Below the pieces are notes generated by a model. It had not been told where the DNA came from, did no database searches, and saw only the letters and a list, made by a program, of their open reading frames with translations. From Octopus vulgaris (lineage: Eukaryota): DNA of 64,000 nt. Of this stretch, positions 28,790 to 41,876 are shown piece by piece (position 1 is the first letter of the stretch; each line of letters starts with the position of its first letter). The position numbers and the translations under genes are program-made. The stretch spans positions 75,764,001-75,828,000 of the forward strand of contig OX597816.1 in assembly GCA_951406725.2 (NCBI GenBank). Direction: 5' to 3'.

Positions 28790-29440
28790 TGTTAATTAGC
28801 CGATCCTGAATATGTCTGCGCACCAGGCGGAAGTTTTCTTCCAGTGTTCTCAATCACTTGCATGTTTTTCCTACATGTTACCATTATTTGTCTTGAAGTC
28901 TTCCTGAAAAATTCGATGCCACGTGGCCTGTAATCTTCGTTTTATCTCCCTCCGGGTGATGCACATCTCAATGTAGTTTTTATCAATGGCAAGACGAGGT
29001 TACTCAGTCGAATTTTTGTTCAGTTACCGTGTTTTGGATGCTTGTTGGTATACAGTGTGTTCATTGGCTGAAATACTGCTGTCACTTTTACGCTTCTGCA
29101 TTGTCATAGGTTACAGTATCTCTGGCATTGCACAGAATACAAAAGTATCGACTCACGTCTTCAGCAGACTGATATTATTCTGATTGTGAGTCTGTTTCAA
29201 GATTGTGAGCCTGTTTCTTGGCCAATCTCTATGTCTTTCGTTTCTTCTGCGTTCATTACATTTTTTTCTCGCCACTTGATTCAGGTGGCAAGTCAGTTCT
29301 TGTAAACTATTTCTGGAGTTTCTGCCAACAATGCATTATCATAAACGAAGTTTCTGTCAGCCAACCATCTTTGATCGGTCCATTGGATGTCAAATTTTTT
29401 ACTCTCGATTACAACTTCCATGATATAATCAACAATTAAT
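28790..29440 (-). mobile_element. RTE-like LINE remnant
   Basis: Minus-strand residues resemble VESILLY..ETW and the RTE C-terminus; heavily degraded. Confidence 0.45.
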
Positions 29441-29449
29441 AGAAAACAG

Positions 29450-30480
29450 AGTGGCTCATCTACGCCGATGACATCTCAATGCATTTGAAGCAGAAGAAAC
29501 AAACGTCATCTCGGTTCTTGATAAACAATTCCTCTATTACGAACGCAACCACCTACATACCAACCTTGTGAAGACTCAAGGCTGCTTATTCCATCTCAGG
29601 AATCGTGAAGGCAACCGACCTCTTAACATTAAATGGCTTGGAACATCACTGGAGCGCTCTATCCACCTTGTTAACCATGGACTAATCTTGGATTGCACTC
29701 ACTCTTCTAAGGAGTACACCAAAAACACCAAACTGAAAGTTGGTTTCTGAAACAATATCCTAAGGAAGCTGGTCAATTTGAAATGGGAAATCACAGCTCA
29801 CACATTAAAATCTACAGCTATGATCTCGTATTACTCCTCCGCGGATTATGCGTGTCCTGTCTAAGATAGATCAACTCAAGCCTGAAACTTGATCCTGCGT
29901 CGTACACCATCTGCTGCCTGATCAAAAGTTACACGAACCCACCCACACAAACAACTTGCACCTCTTCGTCGGCATTGTCCCTGCTGATACCACCGGAAGT
30001 AATCAGCCGAGTCGAGGTGACAAAGGCTATTAGTGACAAACATCACCTCCTCCGTAGATATTAACCCTCAGCCCAACGATAGAAGTCATGAAGAAGCTTC
30101 CTTAGCCATATCCAGTTCCTAATAACTTCTAGAAATGAAACCAATCTCCAGATCTGGATGGAAGAGATTGAGAACGACCCTTCTCCAATCGATATGGGAA
30201 TCTTCCTCTGCTGAAGGCTTCTCTCCTAGATGAGAAGCACTATAGATTAAGTGGACGATACTCATAAACTTGGAGCGAGCACAAATTGATCAAAAGTTGA
30301 CAAGTTTGGGACTACACGACAGACCCAACCACCTATGAATGTGAAGAAGCAGGCCATACTTGGGAGCACTGTTTTTTTCTGCCAGCTGCTATCCGATCCT
30401 GCAGCTCGGAAGACCTTGCAGAATCCCACAACATGTAAATAACTGTGTAAAGAAATAGGAAACTGTCACATACCCAATAC
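29450..30480 (+). mobile_element. Ingi/Vingi-like LINE RT remnant
   Basis: IYADDI at 29458-29475, KTQGCLFHLRNREGNRPLNIKW, NNILRKLVNLKW, YSSADYACPV, and a C-terminal Zn-finger-like remnant near 30335. Confidence 0.7.
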
Positions 30481-32466
30481 ACTTCGAAGAACCGAAAGAA
30501 GTAGATAGAAATGGTGATAAGAAGCATTCTTGATGAAGTCCGGTATTTGATGTCAAAGTATCTATTGCCAAAATAGTCAGTGTTTATAAATTCACTTTAG
30601 CGAGTCCTAAGCCCAGTTCCAGTTTGGGCTTGGAACACAGAAAACCCGGAAAACGCTACAGAATCGGAAAAAAAAAATCACTACAGGACAGCACAAAAAT
30701 GAAAGTTTTCATCAAGCCCAAATAATGATTAAATCGTAATAGAGAATTTTTCGTGAAGCAGAATGAAATTCTTGAAGGGACCCTTTATGGTAACATTGAT
30801 GTATTTGATCTGTTTTTTCGACTGTTATCTCTTAATTCAATAGGGCTGATTACCTTTAATCTATACATCTGATCCGTCACGCAATGGACTCTATCCACTC
30901 TTTGACGTGGTTAAAATATATAATAATCATATAACTCCTAGGGATCACCGCTGGATGAATTTTAAGCAGTGTTGTATAGCATTTTACTGAGAGCGTTCCT
31001 TCTAAATCTAATTAGATATCAAATAAGCAATAACTCCTCGCGGCAAAATACTGAAGCACTGTATACATAACGAATATTTTGTCCACTTTTAGAGCTTGAG
31101 TGCAAAATATTCTCATGAAACGATTTACTTCATTAGAAAGATTTACCATTGATGCATAAATATATTTTGCAACTTAAAGTTGAGATTTTTTTTATAGAAA
31201 CACGACCAATTTGTGTTTTATTTCATACTACTATATGTAAAGTCTATATTTGATGTTCAAGTCGGATACCAAACCAAGAAATTCGAACACATTTTCTAAG
31301 AACGTATTTTTCTCAAAATTTCATAAAATCGATTAGATCGATTTTATCCCGAAGAATAATTTTGTTTCTTTGACGGTGCTTTAACGGAGTCCGACATTTA
31401 GAATTGTAGCAACCCTCCAAAATAGAAATTATATTGCAACACTAAATGAATATTTGATATAAAATTATAGAAACACATTGGAAACGTTTTCTGGATGACA
31501 GTTTAATTTCGTAGAGGAAATCGAAATACAAATAAAAAAAGAAAATTAATGACATCATAATTTCCGGAAAGCGCAAATAGATGAATCGATGCACAGACAA
31601 CCGAGCAGTCAGTGGTTCGTATTCTAAGATTGACAAAGGGACCCTCAAACCGACTTGTACGAACATTTGATGTGGTGGGAATAAGAAGCCATTATTAGAA
31701 GTGAAAAGAGTAATATTGTAAAACTGATCGTTTGCTACCGCATTGTGCGAATCCAACTCTTCATAAATATAATAGCATAGAGATGGATGAAACGTACTTG
31801 TATGATGATGGAGTCTTCAAGGTCGCAATATTCGGTTGTATGAATTAAGACACAGTATGGTCAATATAATTAAACTACTGAAGCCCGACTGTCAATTTTG
31901 CGTTGTTGTCATATCTTAAGTATTCAATAATTAAATTGTAATCGATACGAATGATTAAGAAAAAAACTCTCAAAAAAAAAGAAAAACAAACATACTGGTG
32001 TACAAATTGAAGGCCAACAATTTCATACTATCTGTGAGATGAAAATTGTAAACTATTCCGTTTATATTCGTCAACTTGCCGCTTCATCGGCGTGTTACAG
32101 AATATTTCTAAGTATATAGACTAAGAGTAAATAAGTTTCTAACTAAAGCCAGACAAATATTACTACTGATTAAATTTTTATCAAGTACTCTCATAAATAA
32201 AAGTCTTAACAAAATCAATATATAGAGACCAACATTAAATATATTTCAAACATATAATAAAATGGTTAAAAGTGTAATGCGCACACACATGCACATACAT
32301 ATACACACATACACACACATACACACACAAGCACATGCAAACACATACCTGTGGATATATATTTATATATATATATGTATACGTATGGATATATATAAAA
32401 ATATACGTGTGTGTGTTTGCACTATATAAAAATGTGTGTGTATATGTATGTATTCATATATGTGTG

Positions 32467-32540
<74 letters not shown>

Positions 32541-32544
<4 letters not shown>

Positions 32545-33239
32545 TTTAATCATATCAAAGGAAAATGGAATTTAATTAAAATTAAAATATTCAATCAAAA
32601 TTTACATTTCCAGTGGTCTAATGTGTAAAAAGAATTGGTCAAGAAGACTAATTGGTCAATTAGTCATACGATGTAGTGTATATTTATACACATAAGGAAT
32701 CCACTTAACGTGGATTCAACACATTAGAAAGAACAGCTAGGTTCTGTAAACCACAAAAATAACGGATAAAATTCGACAGGAATAAATTTGGAAATGAAAA
32801 ACATTTAGCATCTAGTACCCTGGACCAATTGGTTTCTGATAATCTTTTAGCGAGTCAGGGGGAACTCACAAGGTCTGATCTTCTTCAGCAAGGTCCAACC
32901 TATGGTTAGAACATATCCAACAAGACTCGCTAAAAGATGATCAGAAACCAATTGGTCCAGGGTACTAGATGCTAAATGTTTTTCATTTCCAAATTTATTC
33001 CTGTCGAATTTTATCCGTTATTTTTGTGGTTTACAGAACCTAGCTGTTCTTTCTAATGTGTTGAATCCACGTTAAGTGGATTCCTTATGTGTATAAATAT
33101 ACACTACATCGTATGACTAATTGACCAATTAGTCTTCTTGACCAATTCCTTTTACACATTAGACCACTGGAAATGTAAATTTTGATTAAATATTTTAATT
33201 TTAATTAAATTCCATTTCCCTTTAATATGATTAAATACT
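32541..33239. repeat. Fold-back inverted repeat (~316-bp arms, 67-nt spacer), Penelope-pLTR-like
   Basis: 32541-32856 is the reverse complement of 32924-33239 with few mismatches; the flanking microsatellites are also mirrored. Confidence 0.95.
32817..32894 (-). ncRNA. Putative type-I hammerhead ribozyme
   Basis: Minus strand: accttg-CUGAAGA-agatca...tatca-GAAA-CCAAUUGG-UC-cagggt. Six-bp stem I, palindromic stem III, GUC site. Stem II is imperfect in this arm. Confidence 0.6.
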
Positions 33240-33267
33240 ATATATATATATATATACGCACACAGAC

Positions 33268-33309
<42 letters not shown>

Positions 33310-33350
33310 CACACATATATGAATACATACATATACACACACATTGTATG

Positions 33351-33400
<50 letters not shown>

Positions 33401-33485
33401 TTAGAGACAAAACCACTATTTTGCAAAACAAACAAGGAAAGACTTAATCAATACATAAAATTTTAATAAATAGTCAAAAAAACCG

Positions 33486-33528
33486 CCACTACAATTGTTT
33501 CTTGTCTTGATCGACAATCTTCAGGTGG
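33486..33528 (-). ncRNA. Minimal type-I hammerhead ribozyme (mirror copy)
   Basis: Exact reverse complement of 33560-33602. Confidence 0.75.
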
Positions 33529-33559
33529 ACTTCCAATTTGAAACTGACTTATTGGAAGT

Positions 33560-33602
33560 CCACCTGAAGATTGTCGATCAAGACAAGAAACAATTGTAGT
33601 GG
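33560..33602 (+). ncRNA. Minimal type-I hammerhead ribozyme
   Basis: ccac-CUGAAGA-uuguc(gaucaa)gacaa-GAAA-CAAUUG-UA-gugg; all three stems close and the predicted cut is after A33598. Confidence 0.8.
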
Positions 33603-33774
33603 CGGTTTTTTTGACTATTTATTAAAATTTTATGTATTGATTAAGTCTTTCCTTGTTTGTTTTGCAAAATAGTGGTTTTGTCTCTAATAATATTTTATAA
33701 TATTTTACTATAAAATTGGATTTAATCCTAAATCTGATTTTTTCCCTGTAAATTTGGATTTATTCCCTAATATT

Positions 33775-33809
<35 letters not shown>

Positions 33810-34020
33810 CATACAATGTGTGTGTATATGTATGTATTCATATATGTTTGTATAATATATATATATATATATACATATGTCTGTGTGCGTATATATATAT
33901 ATATATAGTATTTAATCATATCAAAGGGAAATGGAATTTAATTAAAATTAAAATATTCAATCAAAATTCCATTTCCCTTTGATATGATTAAATACTATAT
34001 ATATATATACGCACACAGAC

Positions 34021-34132
<112 letters not shown>

Positions 34133-34446
34133 ATATATATATATATATGTATGTATGCATATATATATGTATATATATATATATATGTACATATATATGT
34201 GTATATGTACGTATATATATGTATATATAGTACACATAGTTAAGATTTATAGAAAGACAAAAATGAAAAGTGGTGCATGAACTACCAGCAGGTGTATTAG
34301 TGTGACGCTCGAGAAAAATGGAAAAGTCTTCTAGTTTTTGAGCTTACGGTCTCCGACAGAAAAGAATAAGAGGAATAAGAGGAAATAAATAAAGAGAAGG
34401 AAAAAAAAACGTGTTAAGTTCAGTGGTCCAACATGGTGTTTATATA

Positions 34447-35706
34447 CGAGGGACGTTCAATAAGTAATGCCTCTGACCCACTTGCTGATCTAGCTGAAAT
34501 TTTGCATGTGCAATTATTCATATCTCTATAGATTACGTGGCAAATTACAGCTCTAAACTAATTGTATTTTCTGATTTACAGGTGTTTGAACTGGGTCAAG
34601 TGTGAAATGGAGCCTGTTGAGTGTCGAGCAGTGATCCGGTTTTTGTATTTGAAAGGATGCACACCACGGGAGACTTTTGATGAAATGAAAGTAACTTATG
34701 GTGATGATGCCCCATCATATGACCTTGTAAAACGCTGGCATCGTGAATTCAAACATGGTCGGAACTCTGTGGAAACAGCTCCCAGATCTGGTCGCCCCCT
34801 TCTGCTATTGATGAGGCATCTGTCCGTCACGTTGAGGCTGCCATTTTGGAAGATCGACGCATAACTATTCGCCAAACAGCCCATGAGATCAAGATTAGTA
34901 CCGGGTCTGTGGAAACTATCATTCATGACCATTTGCATATGCAAAAGGTGTCTGCTAGATGGATTCCCAGGTTGCTCACGCCTTTCCAGAAGCAAGAACG
35001 CGTCGAGTGCTCGAGGATGAATTTGGAGATGTGCCAAGAAGATGAGTCAAAATTTTTCAAAAGACTGATTACACAGGATAAAACCTGGATCCATCACTAT
35101 GATCCAGTGACCAAAGCCCAGTCAATGCAGTGGAAGCACCATGACTCACCTCCTCTAAAGAAGGCAAAGGTGCAGCCCTCCGCTGGCAAGGTCATGCTCA
35201 CAGTCTTCTGGGACCAGGACGGAGTAGTGATGACAGATTTCCTGGCAAAGGGTACCACAATTACTGGAGCCTATAATGCTTCACTTTTGAGGAAATTAAG
35301 AGAAGCTATCAAAATCAAGAGGCGGGGCAAGATCAGCAAAGGCATCGACAACGCTCCGGTCCACAACTCGCGTGTCGCCAGATCAGAAGCACAGGCGTGC
35401 GGCTATGAACCCCTCCTCCATCCCCCCTACTCTCCTGACCTTGCGCCCTCTGATTTTCTCCTCTTTCCAGCCATGAAGTTGTTTTTGAAAGGAAAGCATT
35501 TCCCAGATGATGCAGCCTTGATTTCTGAAGTCACGTCGTGGTTGGAGGACCAAGCTGGGGTCTTCTACCAAAACGGTCTCCAGAGCTGCATCAAACGATG
35601 GAAGAAATGCGTACCTCTTGGTGGTTCCTATGTAGAAAAAGACTAATAACTGTGCCAAGTTTCGTTGGGAAGTGGGTCAGGGGCATTACTTATTGAACGC
35701 CCCTCG
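34447..35706 (+). mobile_element. Near full-length mariner element (irritans-like TIRs)
   Basis: 37-bp TIRs cgaggg(a/g)cgttcaataagtaatgcc(t/c)ctgacccactt with 2 mismatches, TA on both sides, 1260 bp long. Confidence 0.95.
34607..35646 (+). pseudogene. Mariner DD34D transposase, frameshifted
   Basis: MEPVECRAVIRFL..., frameshift near 34800, WIPRLL, ITQDKTW, DNAPVH...YSPDLAPSDF (34 residues between the second and third D), and a short deletion before DNA. Confidence 0.9.
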
Positions 35707-35968
35707 TATATAACTTAGATAACTATGATATAGTACCAGCTAGAAACAAGATTAAAAAAGAAGTGACTCAATTAGCCATAAAAAGCACTTATCTTAATAA
35801 GTTGACTAAAGAGATGCAGATCTGCTTAACTTGTGAGCTTGTCTCACTACGGTACGTATCTTTCTCGTTCCCTCTGTTTTGTCCACTTAAGTGCGTTTTG
35901 TGGCTAATTGAGTCGTTTTTTGACTCATGTTTCTAGCAATGCTGGTACCATTGTGTCCTCTTGTTTCT

Positions 35969-36087
<119 letters not shown>

Positions 36088-37054
36088 GGACAAGAAACAA
36101 TTTTTTCTGCACATAAATTTTTCCATTAAGTCCAAGTGTAGACTTATCCTTCACACATAACGCTTATATTTCCATGGTCATTATAATACACCTATGTCTA
36201 TCCCTTCATTAATTTCTCCATCAACATTAGTACCTTAGAAGACGACTGTTAATTTTTTACTTTAACCTGCGGGCTTTAAATTAATCGCTTAAATTTTAAA
36301 CCTTAACCACTTAGATATTTTAAAATTATTAAATATTTAACTGGCCTCTCCATTCATGCCTGCTTCTCCATTTATCCTTTAATATATTCACACACCCCCA
36401 TAGATAGAATATATCTATAGCTACTGATCGTAACCAACTGGTATTCAACACACACAAATATTTACTGCTTGACCTCTTGCCCCAATTTGAGGAATTGTCC
36501 TGGTATTTTCCCTGTTATTCTCTTTATTTCTTTCCCTATTCACCTTGATCCTTTTAATTTTTATTTTTATCCTCCATTATCTTCCTCTCCTCTTTTATCT
36601 GTGCCCTTATTTTTACAATTTATTCTCATTCTTATTTTTATTTCTCCTTTTTCTATTTTCTATTTTCTATTTTCATTTTTTGTATTTTTTATATATTTTA
36701 TTTTAATTTTTTATGCTTTTTATTATTTTAAGTCTTAATTTTTACTCTATAATTTTATATTTTTTTATTCTTATTCTTCTAACCAGTCCCTCTGACAAAT
36801 CCTTGCTAATACCCTGTCACTTACCTTCCTCCTCTCTCTGTTCCCACAGGCTACTCCATTTCTGTCTCCCTCCTCCTTAACCGCGCATTCCCTTTCTTTC
36901 TCTTTCTTTCTCTTTCTTGGTATGGAGCTTTCTGAAAGATACGTTTAGCTTTTGGTAGTGGAAGCAAGATTCTTATTTTAAGGTTGATTCTTTGCGACGA
37001 ATCATATGTGATTGTTTAAAAAAGGCTAGAACGACAATACTAAAACGTATTTGA

Positions 37055-38065
37055 AACAGTGGACAACAGTCGAAATATAATGGGAGGGTAAATAAACATC
37101 CTTAAAGTGAAACAACGCATTGGTAGGTAAATAAAGGTATTAACAAATAGAGGAGAGGAAACTCAGAATAGGTAAAGGTAAGCTTGCCAAATTTTAACGC
37201 AGCTTCAATATGGGGATTAAGATTGCTTGGTATTGAATATTCATCGCGTACAATGTTCCTAGTCAATTTAATCACAGTCGTAGGTGGACAGCCGAAATAA
37301 ATAAATAGACAAAATCTTTTCACTTTTATAACTCAAACAATACACAGCAATACTCATATAAAAATATATAGAAAGTAATAATACAAAATTAAAACATATG
37401 AATAAATAATAAATAAAAGAATGTGAAAACAACTAAAAATATTCTGTAATACAAATATACGACCATATAGATTTAAAAATATGGAAAACAGTCGAAATAA
37501 ATAGACAAAATCCTTTCACGCTTATAATGTTCTCTAACGAAACTCAAACTATACACACCAATACACATATAAAAAAATTAAGTAATAATGTAGAATTATA
37601 AGATATAAATAAATAATAAAAATGTGATAAACACTAAAAAAATTCACTAATGCCAATATATGACCATACAGATTTAAAAAGTACGGATGGCCCTACATAC
37701 AAAAAACAATGTACATTCAACGAATTTGGACAGATCTTTTAAATTAACAAACATTTACATGAAAGCAAAATGACAGCTTCCAAATCCTGGTTCCCGACTG
37801 GGTCACAGCGCAGGTGGACAGTCGAAATAAATAGACAAAATCCTATCACTTTTATAAAATATTAAAAAAGTATGGAAGACCCTACACACAAAAAACTATG
37901 CCCATTTACGTCCATTTACGTGGGAGCACTGGGCAAAATGTTATAGTGCATGATCATCCTTGGGATATAAGTGATGTGTGTGTGTAAAGTTTGGAGAACA
38001 TCGGTTGAGAATTGAGGAAATGTATGTGTTAGTCATTACACACACATACTGTGATTTATATATTC
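37055..38065. repeat. Internally repetitive element, possibly a non-autonomous Helitron-like
   Basis: The block acagtcgaaataaatagacaaaatcc(t)ttcac recurs at ~37288, 37488 and 37818, followed by an aagtttgg...cggtt...acacatac...ttatat end. Confidence 0.4.
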
Positions 38066-38078
38066 TCTCTCTCTCTCT

Positions 38079-38122
<44 letters not shown>

Positions 38123-38276
38123 CATCAACAGAGGAGTCTAATGTAATCCATGGGCAGGAGAGGTGCAGCTGAAGTGTACGAGAGTAGAAAGTCCAGGTAC
38201 AGAACCCGTAAAAGTTTGTTGGGTGATGAGAGGAGACATGATCAACTGGTGTGACCACGTGAGCGTGTAATATATG

Positions 38277-38617
38277 GGGAGAATTCACAAAAAACAAAAG
38301 ACGAAGACAGGTGGTGTAGACAACAAACATATGTATTAGTTTAACGCTCGGGAAATGAAAAAGTCTTTAACGTTTCGAGCCTACGCACTTCCACAGAAAG
38401 AAACAAGAAGAGAAAATAAAGAATGTGTAGTGGCTGATAGATCTCTAGCCACTACACATTCTTTATTTTCTTTCCTTGTTTCTTTCTGTGTTCCTTTCTG
38501 TGGAAGAGCGTAAGCTCGAAACGTTGAAGACTTTTTCTCTTCCCGAGCGTTAAACTAATACATCTGTTTGTTGTCTACATCACCTGTCTTCGTCTTTTGT
38601 TTTTTTTTGTGAATTCT

Positions 38618-38620
<3 letters not shown>
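38277..38620. repeat. Fold-back inverted repeat (~160-bp arms) with a hammerhead-like motif in each arm
   Basis: 38277-38435 versus 38447-38620. A diverged single copy lies at ~34250-34370. Confidence 0.9.
38494..38530 (+). ncRNA. Hammerhead-like motif with variant core
   Basis: cuuu-CUGUGGA-a-gagc(guaa)gcuc-GAAA-CG-UU-gaag (aaag in the other arm). Confidence 0.5.
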
Positions 38621-38653
<33 letters not shown>

Positions 38654-39334
38654 GTGTACACACGAGATCTGATCAATGAGTATCTGGACTGTTGCCATAT
38701 CAAAGAAGCTAGAGCACGTAGAATAAAGCCACTTGGCACAGATTGATCTTGAACTCTGCTGTGCATGCGCACTAAGTTTAAACGTTCTACCTCTCTTCTG
38801 CTGTTTACCGCAGTGCTTGGAAAGAAGATGTGTAGCGTGAGATCGTCGCATTTACCATGACAGAGAAAGTTGTCGTGGCGATACCGCCTGAGGGGCCTAC
38901 GCAAAGTTGCTTCGGTGTGTTATTATTTTTCTGTGCTTTTTCTGAGTGCTAGTATTTTTACATATTTTTCATTTCATATATTTTTGAGACTCACTGACAC
39001 AGATAGCTGGATTTATGATTTCACTAGGTTAATTCTATTCATGAAAATTAGGAGTATTTCTTAAACCGTTAGCTTCACATTTCAACAGCTTAACTGAAAT
39101 TTAGCCCAAGTAACAGGAACTGAGATGGATATCGTGGAACAGAAAAACTGTAGGTGATACTGATAACTTGATATTATTTTTGAATTCTGCATGGAAAAGC
39201 ATATAAGATGCAGGTATTCTTTTCCTTAAGACAAATTCTTTGTTGATCAATGTTATTCTTATCGTAGTTCACAAATCCAAGCATGAAAACGTTACTCAAC
39301 TTTGGAGTTTTGGAGACAGACGCCTCCTTTTCAC

Positions 39335-39380
<46 letters not shown>

Positions 39381-40038
39381 TTATATATTAATGATGTACA
39401 CAAATACTTGACAGATATACATAATACTGAAATACGCATAAAGTAAACACACGCAGACAAATATATTAATATAACAAATTAAAAAAATAATAAAAAATAC
39501 AATCAATGAAGAGACAAGAGAAACAGTAAGGTGATACATGTTGATTTTATTAGGTATTTCTGTTTATTTAGAAACCTGCAATGAAATTAAATATTTATGT
39601 TTATTTAAAAACCTACAATGAACAGGTAAGACGCTAAACTATAAATTTCACAGGGTACAGCCGTATAGTTGACACCGCTTCGCTAAACTTAGGTACTTTC
39701 TGTCTCGCTATTGGCTAAAATTACATAGTTTTTTTTCGATTTTTAACTTCTGTAACATTTTTCTCCAATTTTTTTTTCTCCACAACATCATACCTTGAAA
39801 GCAATGAGACTGGAAGGCTACATTATTATACCCGATTTTCAGATTGTTTTTACTTCCTTTTAAAAAATGTATATTTTGCGAATGAATAAAACTAGATCCC
39901 ACATTTAAATTGTTCATATAAGAAAACTGAAATGAGACAATACATGTCTGTTCCATTACTTTACAGCTGTTTCACAATCCACGATAGTTACATAATCGAC
40001 ATCACATCAGTTTTCACACATATGTTTTATATATATAT

Positions 40039-40134
<96 letters not shown>

Positions 40135-40136
<2 letters not shown>

Positions 40137-40259
40137 AGATAAATCGGCAAATTTGTTTTTTGAAAATGCACCTAAATTTGAAAGACGTGTAATTGTTTAA
40201 AATATATTTATTTACATATATACCAAACTAGTTTCAACAATATTTTTTGTTCATCAACG

Positions 40260-40347
<88 letters not shown>

Positions 40348-40468
40348 AGGTATATCAGCAAATTTGTTGTTGAAAATTCACCTAAATTTGGAAAACTTGT
40401 AATTGTTTAAAATAAATTTATTTACATATATACCAAACTGGTTTCAGCAACAGTTTTTGTTCAGCAAT

Positions 40469-40470
<2 letters not shown>
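40135..40470. repeat. Tandem ~130-bp duplication separated by (TA)n(TG)n
   Basis: 40135-40262 versus 40345-40470, colinear. Confidence 0.9.
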
Positions 40471-40509
<39 letters not shown>

Positions 40510-40630
40510 GGTTAAGTAATTGAGATTCTAGTGAATTCTAAAGAATTCACTTGAATATGGTCCTTAACTAGGATGCACCGGAAATCTATATGGTGTTAAC
40601 CATACGACAAGTGGGGTGATTACAAATAGG

Positions 40631-41873
40631 AAAAAAGCAACAAGAATGGATTAAAATCTCGGTACGATCGTTTCGTACGAGGACATCTTTAATAAGCTAC
40701 AAAAAATGCAGTGAATAATAATAATATTTATTAATAATATCATTAATAATATTATTAATAAATTAAATTTTGCTCTATTTTTATCTCCATTTCTTAGTCT
40801 ATTTTTTAACCCATTACAAATATTAGTTAGTTAAATCTCTTAATTTCTTTTACACTAAAAATTAATTCTGCTAATTCCAGACCTATCGTAGTGTATTGTG
40901 ATGTGATATAATATATCAAAATTAATATAATATAATATAGTGTAGTGTATTATAGTATAGTATAATAATAATATAATTGTTTAATTTCATTTAAAAACAA
41001 CCCCATTTTTCTGTCCTTTCTAATGACCTCTTTGTAACCTGACAATCTATTAATAGTAACATTTATAAATAAAGAAATAAATTGTTGACCTCAGTTCGAA
41101 TTTTGTTCTAAACAAACTTAGACTTTTCTGTTAGTATCAATTTGTGCCCATCCCCTTAGCTTCCCCTTTCCTTTCTCTTTGACAGCTTAAATAGCAGTAA
41201 CTGATTAAATTTCTACCTCCTTCCTCCTCTTTCTGTGATTCTTGATAAATTCATTAACAACCTGAACCGCTACAATATAAGACTGTCATTTTGCTTCTCA
41301 TTCGGATTCCCTGATATTTATCGCATGATTGTACCCGAAATCTCTTCACAAAACTGGATTATGAACTATAAGGACATACACATTTTTTGTAAGTTCAAGA
41401 CTTTTTCATCGGATCTCCAAAAATTGAACTTATCTGCGATTCTTGTAAGTTTCAATAACAATCTGTTCCTCTACACGATATGATAGTCACTTTGCTTTTA
41501 CTCAGACTTTCCTCTACATGATATGGCAGTCACTTTGCCTCTTACTCGGATTTTCAGAAATTTTGCATGACTGTATCCGAAAATTTCTTCACACAACTTG
41601 ATCAAATATTCAATATGAGCTATATGTAGACATGCATAAATTCTATAGGTTTAAAACCTTTCATCGGATCACCACGAATCGAACTTTCTTCAATGCAGCT
41701 AATCTTACAACCTCTTTTGTATCTACCCCTTTTGACGTTTGGGAATTCTCTGATGTTTTTTCGGCTGACGAGTAAGAGCCATCTGTATTCACTGCATTTT
41801 TTGTAGCTTATTAAAGATGTCCTCGTACGAAACGATCGTACCGAGATTTTAATCATCCATTCTTGTTGCTTTT

Positions 41874-41876
<3 letters not shown>
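40631..41876 (+). mobile_element. Penelope-like remnant with inverted ~87-bp terminal repeat
   Basis: 40631-40717 is the reverse complement of 41786-41876. The right copy carries a hammerhead. (TA)n lies outside both ends. Confidence 0.6.
41759..41846 (+). ncRNA. Type-I hammerhead ribozyme with long stem II
   Basis: uuucgg-CUGACGA-guaagag...cucguac-GAAA-CGAUCG-UA-ccgaga; predicted cut after A41840. Confidence 0.8.

Larger units (their letters stand above)
33394..33694. repeat. Perfect inverted repeat (144-bp arms, 13-nt spacer), Penelope-pLTR-like
   Basis: 33394-33537 is the reverse complement of 33551-33694. The right arm continues into an ~85-bp tail before (TA)n. Confidence 0.95.

Noticed and set aside
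31500-31900. Possible host exon or paired/Tc1-like HTH remnant
   Set aside because: No sustained ORF or reliable motif; too degraded to call.
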